A DNA stretch of 64,000 nucleotides from Vitrella brassicaformis CCMP3155 (taxonomy: Eukaryota; Protista; Chromerida). The position numbers and the translations under genes were made by a program. The notes beneath the pieces were generated by a model that did no database searches, was not told the origin of the DNA, and saw only the letters and a program-made list of their open reading frames with translations. Shown in pieces: positions 1-12,484 of this stretch (the stretch's first letter is position 1; each line of letters starts with the position of its first letter). The DNA lies in NCBI GenBank assembly GCA_001179505.1, contig CDMY01000444.1, positions 1 through 64,000 on the forward strand, given 5' to 3'.

Positions 1-29
1 GGGAAGGAGGTGTGTAGGGACTCCGGTGA

Positions 30-629
30 GTGCTGGGTGCGGCCTTTGCGCTGGACACCATCTACCACGCCCTGAGGGGCGCCATGAGTGGGGTGGGTCA
101 GCAGAGGGTGGCGGCAATTGTCAATCTCGTGGCGTATTATCCCATCGGCATTCCCTTTGGTTTGGTCATGTGGTTCGGGTGGGCCGGGATGAAGCTGACA
201 GGGCTGCTGTCTGGGCTCGTGCTGGCCTGCCTTATCAACGTACTCAGCCTGGCGCGGCTGCTCTCACGCATCGACTGGGACGAACAGGTGAGTGACCATC
301 CATCCATCCATCCATCGTGACTGTCTGCATCTCATTCATTCATATGTGTGTGCACCCAGGCGAAGCAAGCGGCAGATCGGCTAGAACTGGACCACCAGGC
401 CAGAGCGACGGGCAGCCAGGGTGACCACCCCTCCGAGTCCCCGAGCGACACGGTCAAGCTGTACGCCTCAATGTCCAGCAGCGACGAGACGCACAGCAGC
501 CTGGGAGAGGTGCGGGCAGCCGGGGCTGGTGGTGTGTGTGTGGGCGGGGAGTCGTGTGTGGGTGAGGGCGAGAGGGCGCCTCTCCCGTCGGTGATCGGCA
601 CCTGGGGGGAGAGGGACCCAGTACAGTGA
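30..629 (+). CDS. MATE-family (DinF/DTX-like) efflux transporter, last two exons (5' part outside window)
   Basis: LDTIYHALRGAMSGVGQQRVAAIVNLVAYYPIGIPFG matches the MATE C-terminal pattern (SGV.RG.G.Q..GA.VNL.AYY.VG.P). Donor CAG|GTGAG at ~288, acceptor ~359, Ser-rich tail ending TGA at 629. Confidence 0.8.
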
Positions 630-1319
630 GTGGCCTCTGGATGGATGGATGGACGGATGGATGGACGGATGGCTGCCTAGTTAATGAATGTCTGTGTCTG
701 TCTGTAAACTGTTTTGTGCGTCTTGACGTACACACAGAGAGACAGGCGCACAGACAGACAGAGTCTAAGTGAATTGCATTGCGTGGCGTGCTGTGTGTGT
801 CTGTGTCTGTGTCTGTCTGAGTGTGTGTGTCCGTCCCGTCGTGTGTGTTTACTCACTTCCTCCGTCATGTCGACATCGCGTCGCAAAGCGCGCTCTCTCT
901 CCTTCTTCTCTCCCTCCCTCCCTCCCTGCCTGGGTGACTATGTGTCTGTGGATAGTAGTGGTGTTTTATCTATCGCACACACACATGTGATAATAATTAT
1001 CAACAATACCGCGTGTTGGTTGGGGACTGACTGGTGTGGTGTGATGTGAGATGACAGACTAATTCATTCATTGACTGACTGACCCGTGTGTGTGAATGAA
1101 TGCCAATTTGCTCAGTCACTCGTGTGCCTTTCACTCACTCACTCAGTCACTCACTCTTTTACCCACTCAGCCACCACATGCAGCATGGTATGGGATGTGG
1201 ATCGTGGAGCCTGCCGCTGATGCTGGCTGCCCAATAGACTAGCAATTGTGGTGTTGGTGCTGTCTGCCTGTCATGGAACGCATTGCATTGCATTCACACG
1301 GTCGGTCATTTCCTGCACA

Positions 1320-1352
<33 letters not shown>

Positions 1353-1446
1353 GGGCACGTGCGCAGTGCACGCCCCCTCCCTCCCTCCCTTGCTCTCTCT
1401 CTGCACACAGCCCACCCCTGCGCACATCCGTGTGTGGCAAGGTGTC

Positions 1447-2040
1447 TGCCTGTCTGCTGCGCGCTGCGTACTCCTGCACACCAACCGCATTCACGAAATT
1501 CGCAAATCCTACGCATAATTAGGGTTTAATTGAGCACAGCAGCCGCCGCCCCGCCCCCCTGCAATGGGAAGAAGCCCTAAAATCAGAGAGTGTTTACAGT
1601 TGCGAGCTTGGGTGGTGCTAGGGCTCGCTAACGGCACATGCCCTCTCCAAAAACACAACAGCACCAGAAAGCCGCTCACACAGAGAGGCCACACACGAAG
1701 CGAGAAGCAGCCAGAAAGCCCCCCAGCTGAGATCTCTCTCTGTCTGTGTCTGCCTGTCTTCAGGAAGATGCTGCCCATTCTCCACAACCAGGCCGTCCTG
1801 TGAGGCGTCCTAGCAGAGTCTTTGTGGTCCATTTATGGAGATATGATTGCCCTTTGGACAGACCCCATGTGTTCTACAAAGCACTCTCCCAGGGTGGCTA
1901 CCCTACCGACATTGCCATCAGAAGCCGCATCACCCACACACACGTCCTCCCTCCTTGTCCTTGCTAATGCCTAATCCGCCAAAGTCAAGTCACCTCACAC
2001 ACACGCCCTCAGCTTCTGTGTGGGTGCAGGCACCTTCTCT
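1447..2040 (+). repeat. ~600-bp dispersed direct repeat, copy A
   Basis: Colinear with 3020-3565; shared blocks include gcataattagggttta, cgaagcgagaagcagccag, atgtgttctacaaagcactctcccagggtggctaccc and gccaaagtcaagtca. Confidence 0.9.
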
Positions 2041-2081
2041 GTAATTCATTGGCTTCCTCACTGCCTGCCTGCCTGACCCCC

Positions 2082-2381
2082 NNNNNNNNNNNNNNNNNNN
2101 NNNNNNNNNNNNNNNNNNNNNNNNNNNNNNNNNNNNNNNNNNNNNNNNNNNNNNNNNNNNNNNNNNNNNNNNNNNNNNNNNNNNNNNNNNNNNNNNNNNN
2201 NNNNNNNNNNNNNNNNNNNNNNNNNNNNNNNNNNNNNNNNNNNNNNNNNNNNNNNNNNNNNNNNNNNNNNNNNNNNNNNNNNNNNNNNNNNNNNNNNNNN
2301 NNNNNNNNNNNNNNNNNNNNNNNNNNNNNNNNNNNNNNNNNNNNNNNNNNNNNNNNNNNNNNNNNNNNNNNNNNNNNNNNN
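2082..2381. other. Assembly gap (300 N)
   Basis: Run of N. Confidence 1.
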
Positions 2382-2810
2382 CAGAAGATGTGTCGAACCA
2401 CGTGCAGCAGGTCAGACAAGAGAGGGGCCCCTCAATACTGCACACACACGAGCCGGGCGATGCATTGTGCGCACGTAGGTGATGGACTATTTGGTGACCA
2501 ACAAATGGATCCTGCGGCCGTCTGAGTGATGTGCGGGCGGAGTCTGTCTGCCTGCCTGCTTAGCTACCGTCCTCAGTGTCTGCTCTCTTTCTTTGAGTGA
2601 ATGCGGGACAGTGAGCTGTTTTTGACGATGCGTTGATCGGAGTGTAAGAGCGTTCGTGTCTGTAGCCGCCCGAGCGAGCAGTGTTTGGTGTCGGACATAT
2701 GGTCAGACGGCACACCTGTCCCGCAGTGTGGTGGCGTGTCGTGCATGCGCTTTATCTGACTGAACGGAATGTACGTGAGATTTCTGGACGCCTGCAAGAT
2801 GTCCGCGGTT
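2382..2810 (+). pseudogene. Possible degenerate N-terminal exons of CSN3
   Basis: Short AG/GT-bounded segments (EDVSNHVQQ, VMDYLVTNKWIL, PPERAVFGVGHM, YVRFLDACK) weakly resemble the CSN3 N-terminus. An in-frame TGA precedes the last segment. Confidence 0.25.
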
Positions 2811-3019
2811 GTGTGGGTGCCTGCGTGTGTGCCATCCCATGCACACTGCACCCTGACTGACCCACACACACACACGCCCACACACACACGCCCACACACA
2901 CACACGCCCACACACACACACACACACACACTGCACTGCACACACAGGCCTCCCTCCCCCCCTCCCTCTCTACGCGTGGACCCCTGTGGACATGAGCCTG
3001 TGTGTGGGTGTGTCTGTCA

Positions 3020-3565
3020 GTCTGCCACGCGCTGCTGCACACGCGCATTCACCAATTTCGCAACCCCTGCGCATAATTAGGGTTTAGCTGAGCACGTCGG
3101 CCGCCGCTCCGCCCCCCTGCAATGGGAAAAAGCCTTCAAAGGCAGAGTATTAGGGTTTAGGGTGTAGGGTTTGCAGGCTGCACCGGCCAAAGGCAGGAGA
3201 GAGGGGCTCAGAAAGAGAGGCCACACACGAAGCGAGAAGCAGCCAGAAGGCTCCCCAGCTGAGATCTCTCTCTGTTTGTGTCTGCCTGTCTTCAGGAAGA
3301 TGCTGCTCATTCTCAACGACCAGGCCATCCTGTGATGCGTTCTAGCACACTTTTTGTACCATCCTAGTGGAGATATGGTTGCTCTTTGGAGAGACCCCCA
3401 TGTGTTCTACAAAGCACTCTCCCAGGGTGGCTACCCCAACTAGCTTTCCATCAGAAGCCGCGCGACCCACACACACGCCCATCCGCCAGATGCTTGGTAA
3501 GATCTGATCAGCCAAAGTCAAGTCATCTCACACACAGCCGCTCAGCTTCTGTGTGGGTGCACCTT
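3020..3565 (+). repeat. ~550-bp dispersed direct repeat, copy B, with telomere-type TTTAGGG units
   Basis: Colinear with 1447-2040. TTAGGGTTTAG at 3077-3087 and TTAGGG-TTTAGGG-TGTAGGG-TTT at 3150-3172. Confidence 0.9.
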
Positions 3566-3660
3566 TCCTGCACACAGTAAGTACACCTACCTTGACGAAT
3601 AGCGTCCTTCTTGTGGTCTGTCTGTCTGTCTGTCAGGCTCTCTCTCGTGTGCGTGCTGCA

Positions 3661-4622
3661 GCACCGGAGCATGGCTGCTTCCATCGGCACGGCCTACTAC
3701 GAGCTGACGGAGTGCTTCCGGCAGCGAGATATGTCCAAGCTGCGCACCCTGCTGTCCGCCCCCGAGGCCGCCGACGCATTCAACAGAGACCAAAACCTGG
3801 GACTCGCCAAACAGTGCCTTCCGGTACATAAACACACACACTCACATATGGAAGGGTACAGAGATGGAGGCATCTCATCTGTTGTGTGTGGAGGTGTGCA
3901 GGCCTTGCAGCGTCGGCTAGTGCTGCAGCTGACGTCGACCTACCTGACGCTGTCGCTGGAGGACATCCGGACAAAGGCGCACATCGGGTCGATCGCCGAG
4001 ACCGAGAGCCTCCTATTCGACATGATCACTCGGGTGAGTGAGTGAGTACGGGACGCCCTCATTCACAGTAACCTCAATGTTTGTCTGTCTGACTGCGTGT
4101 GTGTGTGTGTGGCCACACACACAGGGCCAGTTGTGTGCCCAGATTGACCATGAGAGCAACCACGTGGTCTTCACCGATGACGGAGACCAACACGAGGTAT
4201 CTCAGATGGCACACAGCACCACTGGCGCATCCGTGTTGTGTGTCGTGGGTGTGGCTGGCTGGCAGGAGGCGTCTGCGGCCGGTCCGTCTGGTGGTGCGGA
4301 TGAGAGCGTCCGCACGGCCGCTGACCTCGACAGGCAGATCACCCAGATGCTCGCCATCGCCAGGCAGCTCAAGAAATACGAAAACGACATAAGTACACAG
4401 ATCAGCACAGCACAGCACACCGAACCACATACCTACGTTGAGTTGACGGACGTGTTGTGGGTGTGGTGTGTGCAGTTGTCGCTGAATGAGAACTATCTGA
4501 GGCGGCAGATGGGCAGCGCGTCGGAGTTCTCGGCAGCCGGCGGCTTGGGGCTGGATGAGGACGGCCTGCGCGGCGGAGGGAGTGGTGGGCTCGACTATGG
4601 AGAGCTGATTGACGACGTGTGA
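3661..4622 (+). CDS. CSN3: COP9 signalosome subunit 3, C-terminal PCI region (multi-exon; N-terminal ~250 aa not clearly present)
   Basis: AYYELTECF...FNRDQNLGLAKQCL...LVLQLTSTYLTLSLEDI...LLFDMITRGQLCAQID parallels CSN3 (AYHELAQVY...FTRDNNMGLVKQCL...IQRLTKTFLTLSL). C-terminal coil ends TGA at 4622. Confidence 0.85.
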
Positions 4623-5042
4623 CGAAAAGCCCTCGCTGGCGGTGGGGTTTGGTGTATGTACTTATTCGGCCATCCCGAGCCTGTCTCCCTCTCTTTCTCC
4701 CTCTCCCTCTGTGGGTGCTGGTGTGTCACTGTCTGCCGTGCTTCTGATGACGACAGACGTCAGACAATGGATGGATGGATGGATGGACATTTGTGTGAAT
4801 GTATTTTCATTCTGCCGCTTCTCTCTCTCTCGGTCATGCACTTTGGCCTTCAATAAAGCCACCACACACATGCCTGCAGCACAGGGCAGTCAGTGTTGGC
4901 GAACAAAGTGGCGAGTAGGCGTACACACGTACACACATGCGACGCTCATACCATACAGCGGTCCCTACAGCTGCGCCATATGGCTGGCCCCAGCCAACAT
5001 GAGGATTAGTCGAAAAGCACCCATTTTCGCACTCTCCATTGG

Positions 5043-8000
5043 CTACAAGGAAGTGACACTACGGTGCGGCTGCTGGCCAGTTGACGGCAGTGTGTCTCTA
5101 AATTCGGTGATGAGCCTGATGACGGTGTCCCGCGTGACAGGCTTCTCAATGATTTCATCAAACATTTCCTCAACAGCGGGGTATTCCGCCTTCAACATCT
5201 GCACACACCACACAACACACAGTTGAAACACACACACACACATGCCCTCCCTGACGGACCACTTTGGCCTGTGCCGTGCACAAGATCAGGTGAATCGGCA
5301 GCGCCACTCTCCCCTCCCTCTGCCATTCCCGCATCATCTCTGCAGCCTCATATCCGTTGACGTTGGGCATCTGCAGGTCGCTCAACACCCATAGCACCCC
5401 CGCCTCTGCGGAATGGCCGAGCGACGCGACTTTTTCGAGCAGCTGCTGCCCGTTCTCGAGCACCACGAGCTGAGACGCTGGCAGACCCAGCTTCACAAAA
5501 ACGCGGGAAAGCGCCAACCTGTGCAAGTAAGGGGGCGAGCTTCAAATCATGTCGGGGGCGAATACATGCAGTGGCGGGCGTACCGCTTGATGTAGTCGTC
5601 ATCGCACTGCATATATTGAAGAACAAGACAAAAAGGAGAAAAATACGTCCCCTGTCTCGTTGTGCTTCCGCCAGTGCAGTGTCCTCATTCTTACCACGAT
5701 GAACACCACGCCCCTCTCCAGCATGTCGCTGAAGACATCCTGCAAGGGGCCGCTCACGGTGCCCTTGGCCCTGTCCTTCTCACAGCTGACACTCGGCCGT
5801 GACGAGGGTGCTCTGCTCGAGGGCATGGGAGACACGGGGAGGAATGGGGCGAAGCTGGCTGGGGCTGCGGTGGGATCGTGGGCCCCATAGACAAGGAAGC
5901 GTAGCTTGGCTGTCGTTCCCCTGTTCTCGCCTTCACATAAGTCACAGAGAAACAAGTGAGGAGCGGAGACATGTGATGCTTCGGTCAGTGCTCACTCTCG
6001 AGGATGCAGTCGCCCCCCATATTGAGCAGGATGGCCCGAGAGATGCCCAGCCCTGATCAACATCACTCGTGTGATCCAGTGTGAGTGGCTTCGCAGCTCA
6101 GCCCCCTCTTTGCGTACCGAGTCCTTGTCCCAGCAGACTGTCCATTGACCTCGCCTGCGCGAAGTCGTCGAAGATAGCGGACAGCTTGGCCTTGTCGATG
6201 CCTTTGCCGGAATCCCTCACACCAATACACACTCTGTAAGCCTCTACGCCAGAAGTGACCAGACGGTCGGGGGCGCTGCAGATGCTGTCTCGTGGGTGCG
6301 AGGCATTCTTGTCCGGTTGCCGTGGGAGGGATGATGTGGAGGGCATACGTGGGGGGATGGATGCTGCCCCTGCTGCTGAAGGTGCTACTGTTGCTGCTGC
6401 CGTGTCCACTGGCATTGCGATTTGGATGGACTCCGGAGGTCTGGCTGTGAGACTCTTGTGGCGAGGGTTTTCACGCAGCCATGGAGGGTTGTTTGGTGCA
6501 GTCTCATGAAACTGACGCAAAAGGGAGCAGACACATCCGGTCGTGCCATCCTTGTCCCCTCTTGTGCCTTGTACCTTTTGCAACTCGGCGATGCCATGAC
6601 CGGCTACCCCACACTCTAGCCATATATGGATGCTGCCACGGTCTGTGTACTTGGTGGCGTTGTTGATCACGTTGTTCAGGCTGCAGCGAGGGCAGAAAGG
6701 GAAAAGGGAGACACTATGGACCAGGATCTGTTCGCGACATCTGTCCAGCCACCCACCACTGAGTGAAGCGTGTCTTGTCGACCCATACCCACCAGCCGGC
6801 GAGCGGCTTCAGCGACGACCACTCCACATCGAACTGAAGACCCTTCATCCGAATCGCAGGCCAATTGATCTGCACACACACACACAGATACACACAGATA
6901 CACACATACACATGGACGCTGAGAGGTTTTATGCTCGGTAGAAGGCTAACTACCTTCAAAACATTCTCAATTAGCTCAAGGAATCGGCACCAATCGCAGG
7001 CCAGCTCCATGAGAGTGAAGTTCAGTGGCTGTGTTGGCGTTGAAGGCATTTGAAGCAGCTTTGTCCTTGTCCTTGCTAGTCTTCCTTTCCAACACGACCT
7101 GCTGTCGCTGCGACTATAGAGCAGCTCTGACGGGCTCTGCAGAGGGCGAGGCGACTGCCTGTGGTGCTGCATCCGGCTAATTTCGAGCAAGTTGTTGGTC
7201 AGCGACAGCATGTACTGACATTAATACACACACAAACATGGAGGATGGGTTTGTTGAGCGTTCTGCATATGTCTCTGTAGTGCTCACATGGCTTCCGGCC
7301 TCAATGGTGTCGCAATGGGAGAAGGCTGTTACACACAAAGAAGAGACCATAATTGCTGCACGACTCACGAGTCTTGCTGCGGCAAAGATCACCTGAGTGG
7401 TCAGGCTTGAAACCTTCGTCTTTCAGCTCTTCTTTGATGAAATCGGCGCTGTTGACGACACCTTCGAGCGGGGTTTTGAGGTCATGGGTGATTTTGGAGA
7501 AGATGGATCGTTGCAGCTGCATCAGGTCGTATGTGCGCTTCTGCTCCTTCTCCAACTGATATGTGAAGACCACAGTGCCACCTTATGTCCATCCTGTTGG
7601 CTGGATTGGGTGTTTTCTCGCGTGCCTCCTTTGCCTCGAAGAGTTTACTGTGGATGAAGGACCGGAAGACAAACTCACTCTGAGACGACATCCGCAGCAG
7701 CAAAAGAAAAGACGCTGAATGCATACAAAACGGGAGAAATGGAGGCGTCTCTGCTTGAGCTTGATTTGACCGACCTGTGAATCCGATGATGCGCTCAAGA
7801 GAGTTCGGCCACCGATGTAAGAGCTCTGTGATGACCACGGTCACATACTGCGGGAGAAAGACGAGGAAAGTCAGACCTGGGGATGCACAAGAGGCGCTAT
7901 GTGGCCATTCATGGCACTCTTGTGGGTCTCCTCGGATTTACGTACCTGTGTTGTTCCTGACGGTCATCCAAGTCGTGACAACGCACAGAAAGTGGATTCT

Positions 8001-8347
8001 CTCGGCAGACGCCTCGCGAAGATGGCCGCAGAGGCCGTCATCGATCCCCCCGCACTCGTTGCTAAAATGAAACGTCTTGAACGACAATCTCGCATGCAGC
8101 GCCGTGCCGGTCAGCGCCACGGCCACCGTTACAATCATTGCCCACAAATCATAGCGAAGTTGCCGTCTTGTCTTGCGCTTTGCCGGAGAGATTGCCACGT
8201 ACACGTAGGCCCAGAACACCCCGACCATGACAAAGATCCAGAGCTCTGCATCAAATTGCAAGAAGAGCAATTCCTGTCATGTGCGTTTCATGTGTATCGC
8301 TGTTCCTCTTGGCTTACGTATATAGAGCCACCAAGTGAAGACGCCAT
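5043..8347 (-). CDS. Membrane-bound hybrid sensor histidine kinase (TM region, HisKA, HATPase_c, receiver); 5' end uncertain
   Basis: H-box FSKITHDLKTPLEG (~7460), N-box INNATKYT (~6650), G1 VRDSGKGI, F-box IFDDFAQ, G2 GG|SGLGISR. Receiver CDDDYIKR...LSDLQMPNVNG...CTA...IIEKPV. Hydrophobic helices at 7938-8270. GT-AG introns restore the frame. Confidence 0.9.
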
Positions 8348-8738
8348 GGATGAAAAGGTCGCGCAGGGAGACAAAGCCCGTTCCTGCGCACACTATGGGT
8401 CCAAGCGTCGCCGCAGACACGCGCAGTCCGTACCGGCAGTCCTCCAACAGCTGACCGAAGTACTGTTCTGTCGGGGATACACACAAGGGCATTCCATCCA
8501 ATTCTATGTGTGTGCCCCCTCCGTCTATCTGCAATGACCTTCCAGCTCCGGGAGCGTGAACTCCATGTGAAGCTGGCAGACGAGCCGCAGACAAGAGGGC
8601 AGCCACGCCTCCCACTTGCAGTACGCTCCTATTTCAGGCCATGTCTTGCCCCGATGGGGCACAAAGCTTTGGATGGCCCTCATCCAGTGCCGACGGGGAG
8701 GGCCGAAATTGGGGGCGAGGGGGGCGAAGGGGAAGCAG

Positions 8739-10346
8739 GCGAGAATGTAAATTCTCGACGAGGGACGCGCGACAATTTTTTTTATTCCGCAGCTCCATTC
8801 GCTTCCATTCCAGCCTCGTTGCCTTCTCCCGCTCACCGTTCCCTTCCTTTGTGTTCGGTTTGTGTCGCCTTCCTCGTTGCACCACCGCATTCGCCCCGCC
8901 TCGGCCTCCCATGGCCCTCCCTACCCGCCGTTTCTCTCGTGGCCACTCGTGACTTGTGCCCTCGTCGATCGTCTCCCTCCTCCTTTCGGCTCGCCAGTGA
9001 CGGGTGGCAATGCCCCGCTGGTGTCGGCACGCTTGTGCGAGAGGCGCTCTTTTGTTGGTCAGTCGGCCAACCACCTCTCAGTGACAGGTAAGTGGATGAG
9101 TGGTCGAGTCGATGAGTGCGAGTGCGCTGACATGTGTATGCGTTGTGTAGGATGTAAGCCACCTGCACGCCCTTGCAAATGGTGTCTCCCGATGGTATCC
9201 GACATGGAACTTTGAATGTTGTCTTTTCTCGTCAGACTTCAAGCCATCCTGTCTCTCCCCGCCGATGTCGAATAAAATGAGGATTGGAGCAGATGTTTGG
9301 TCGTAAGAGACGTTCAGGCAGATACCTTTTCTCGATAGGCTGCTTGTCGCTTTGTCCCGCCGCCTTTGGAGACGGGGACGAAAAGAAAGAGGTGGTCTTA
9401 TCTCGGTTTGTTGTCTTCTTCGTCCTTCTATTCAGACAACACCGCCGGCCACCGGATTCCAGGCTGTTGGTCCCCTTGCCGTGCTGCTCTTCCCTGCGGT
9501 GATGCCGTTCAATTCCGTACAGGATATGGAGGTCATGAGGGATGGTCAGATGGGGCAAGCTTGAGGGATGGCGAGAATGTAAATTCTCGACGACGGAGAC
9601 GCGCGACAGAAATCTTTTATCCCAGCTCCAATTCGCTTCGATTCCAGCCTCGTTGCCCTCTCCCGCTCACCGCTCCCTTCCTTTGTGTTCGGTTTGTGTC
9701 GCCTTCCTCAGTGCCCCGCCGCATTCGCCCCGCCTCGGCCTGCCACGCCCCTCCTTGGCCGTCCGTTCCCTCGTGACCACTCGCCACTGGCGCCCTCGTC
9801 GGCAGCCGTCCTCCTCCCCCGGCTTACCAGCGGCGGGTGGCAGTGCCCCGCTGGTGTCGGCACGCTCGTGCGAGAGGCGCTCTTTCGTTGGTCAGTCGGC
9901 CAACCACCTCTCAGTGGCAGGTGAGTAGATGAGTGGTCGAGTCGATGAGTGCGAGTGCGCTGACATGTGTATGCGCTGTGTAGGGTGTAAGCCACCTGCA
10001 CGCCCTTGCAAATGGTGTCTCCCCATGGTATCCGACATGGAATTTTCAATGTTGTCGTCTTTTTCAGATTTCAAGACATCCCGCTCCCCGCCGATGTCGA
10101 ATAAAATGAGGATTGGGAGCAGATGTTTGGTCGTAAAAGACAGTCAGGCAAGCGCTTTGCCTTGGTAGGTTGCCCGCCGCTTCCTCCCGCCGCTTTTGGA
10201 GACGGGAGACGAAAAGAAAGAGGTTCTTGTCTCCGTTCGTTGTCTTCTCTGTCTTTTCCTTCAGACAGCAACGCCGGCCCACATGTTTTCACGCTGTTGG
10301 ACTCCTTGCCGTGCTGGTCTTCCCTGCGGTGAAGCCGTCAACCCCC
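8739..10346 (+). repeat. Two tandem ~832-bp units, plus a third partial unit head at ~10697-10810
   Basis: gcgagaatgtaaattctcgacg starts at 8739 and 9571, and the units stay colinear to gccgtgctg-tcttccctgcggtga. A short secondary repeat occurs at 10331-10392 and 10485-10568. Confidence 0.9.
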
Positions 10347-11150
10347 CGAATACTGAGGTCTTATCGCAGAGAGAGAGAGAGGAAGCGTGGCGTTTAGCGG
10401 CGTCCCGTACGGTATCGGCAAAAACGTTCTGTTCTGTCCCTGCTGGATTGTTGTAGGCTACTCATCTCTCGCGAGACCTCATTGAAGCCGTCAACCCTCC
10501 GAATACTGAGGTCTTATGCATATGAGGTCATATCTGACGGAGAGAGAGAGAGAGAGAGAAGTGTGGCGTCCTGGCTTCTTCATCCGACAAAACCGTTCTG
10601 TTCTGTCTCTGGCTTCCTGCAGACTAATCCTCATCACCACGCGACCCGCCTGCATCGCTGAATCAACGAGAAATGAGGCGAAACGGCAATCCGGTGAGAA
10701 ATAAACTCTCGACAGACGCGCGACAAACCGTTTTGTGTATCTATCTGTTAATCGCTCCAAACCGCTTCCATTTCAGCTTCACTGCCTCCTCCCCTTCGCC
10801 TCTCTTCATTCCCTGCAGTAAGTTTACGTGGGGCCTGGTAGTTGGGGCCGTGGGCCTTCCGTTTGGTCACGATTCCGTGTTGCTTTTCAGACGTCGAAGC
10901 CCAAAAAGGATCTCGCCCTCGCCCTCATCCGACATGGACCCCAACGCCACTAAGATGGCGACTGAGAGAGCGACGTTACCCTCGGCACGCACTTGTCTGT
11001 TTTTGTGGCTGTTGTTGACTTCAGATGCAGCCCAAGCTCGATAGCGGGAGCCAGCCAGCGCACAGCTCTGTGAGGAAAGGAAAGGAAGGAGGGGTTCATT
11101 CCTTCGCTCATCCCTATCCTGTATGTGTGGTCATTCGTGTGTTGCGTCCA

Positions 11151-11457
11151 GGTGGAGAGTGTGTTGTGAGGCCTACGCGCCAACATTGTGTTTGATGCGC
11201 ACGACCGCCCACAGCTGGTGGACTTCGAACTGGTGCAGTTCTTCACCCCACAAAAGGTGAGTGGATGGAGTGTCTGTCTGTCCAAATATGCTCTCTCCGA
11301 GGAAAGCACCGCACCCACTCATGCACGGAGAGGGTTGAGACCATTGTCTCTGTGTGCTCTGTCCCGTCAGCGTGAATCCGACCGGAGTGCCATTCTACAT
11401 GTCACGAGAGGTATTTGGCCCTTTGGCTGCCAAGTCGATGTGGCGAACGGTCCGAGG
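11151..11457 (+). pseudogene. Degenerate Ser/Thr protein kinase fragment (subdomains VIb-IX)
   Basis: ANIVFDAHDRPQLVDFELVQF followed by a spliced exon TGVPFYMSREVFG...KSMW. The HRD position is replaced by TGA-Gly, DFG by DFE and xPE by SRE. Confidence 0.65.
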
Positions 11458-12484
11458 TCAGAATGTCACACAACCTGCGGTCGGGGATGCACGACAGCAA
11501 ACCAGCTTGCACACACATGTGGTTCATCCCTCTTGGTGTGCAGAGCTGATGGCGAGCTGTCAGCGGGGGTTGCGGCCGAGGCGACCCAGGCGGCAGCAGG
11601 AGGGTACGCACGGACATGCATATGCGGTACACAGACCTGCACTCGTTTGCATCATGAGCTTTGCAGGATCCGTGTTTTTGAGGACAACCAGACCGACGCA
11701 GAAGAGACCGATGCCGAGAACGGCCAACTTCGAGGAATCAGAAGCGGTTTGTCTGTCGGTACCTGTGTCTTTGTGTGTTTGTGTCGCAGGTTTCGTTGAG
11801 GTATTCGTGGATGGAGCAGGTTTGGAACACATGCAGGTATGCCCGAGTGTGTGTGGCGTCTGTCTCTTCTCATCCACACACACAGCGCTCCCTGTGTGTC
11901 GTGTGCTGTTCAAGCAGGTGCAGCGGCAGGCAACATTCGAGACCGCCGATGCCAATGGCAATGGCAATGGCAATGGGAATGCCAAGGAGGACAGCAGCAA
12001 CGTGGGAAAGATGCGACGGGCGAGCAGACTGACACCCACAAATGGAAAAGACGGCGTGTATTCGTCGGTGTGTCTGCTTTGCAGTTGTCGGTCTCCTCCC
12101 AGGCCAGTACGGTGCTACCGCCACACGGCTACTTTCGGCACCGGTCAAGCTTCCTGACACAGGTAGACCGAAGAGAGAGTCTCTCACCTCACACACACAC
12201 ACGATGTCGCCACTCGTTTTGTGCAGAAGCAGGGCACGTTGGACAGTATCCCCGAGGACCTCCACACCACCATCAACATGACCATGAGCACCAGCCACGT
12301 ATGTGCAGTGTGCATCAACACACGCATGTCCTGTACACGTGTGGCTGTGTTTGTAGGGTTTGTGCAGCCAGACGGTGCCCTTGTTGCCGGGCGGACGGAT
12401 CGTCGGTGCGGTGAGCGCACACACACACGCAAAGAAATAAATGGATGGGTGTGTGGCTGCTGCCTGCCTGCTGTGTGTTGTCAG

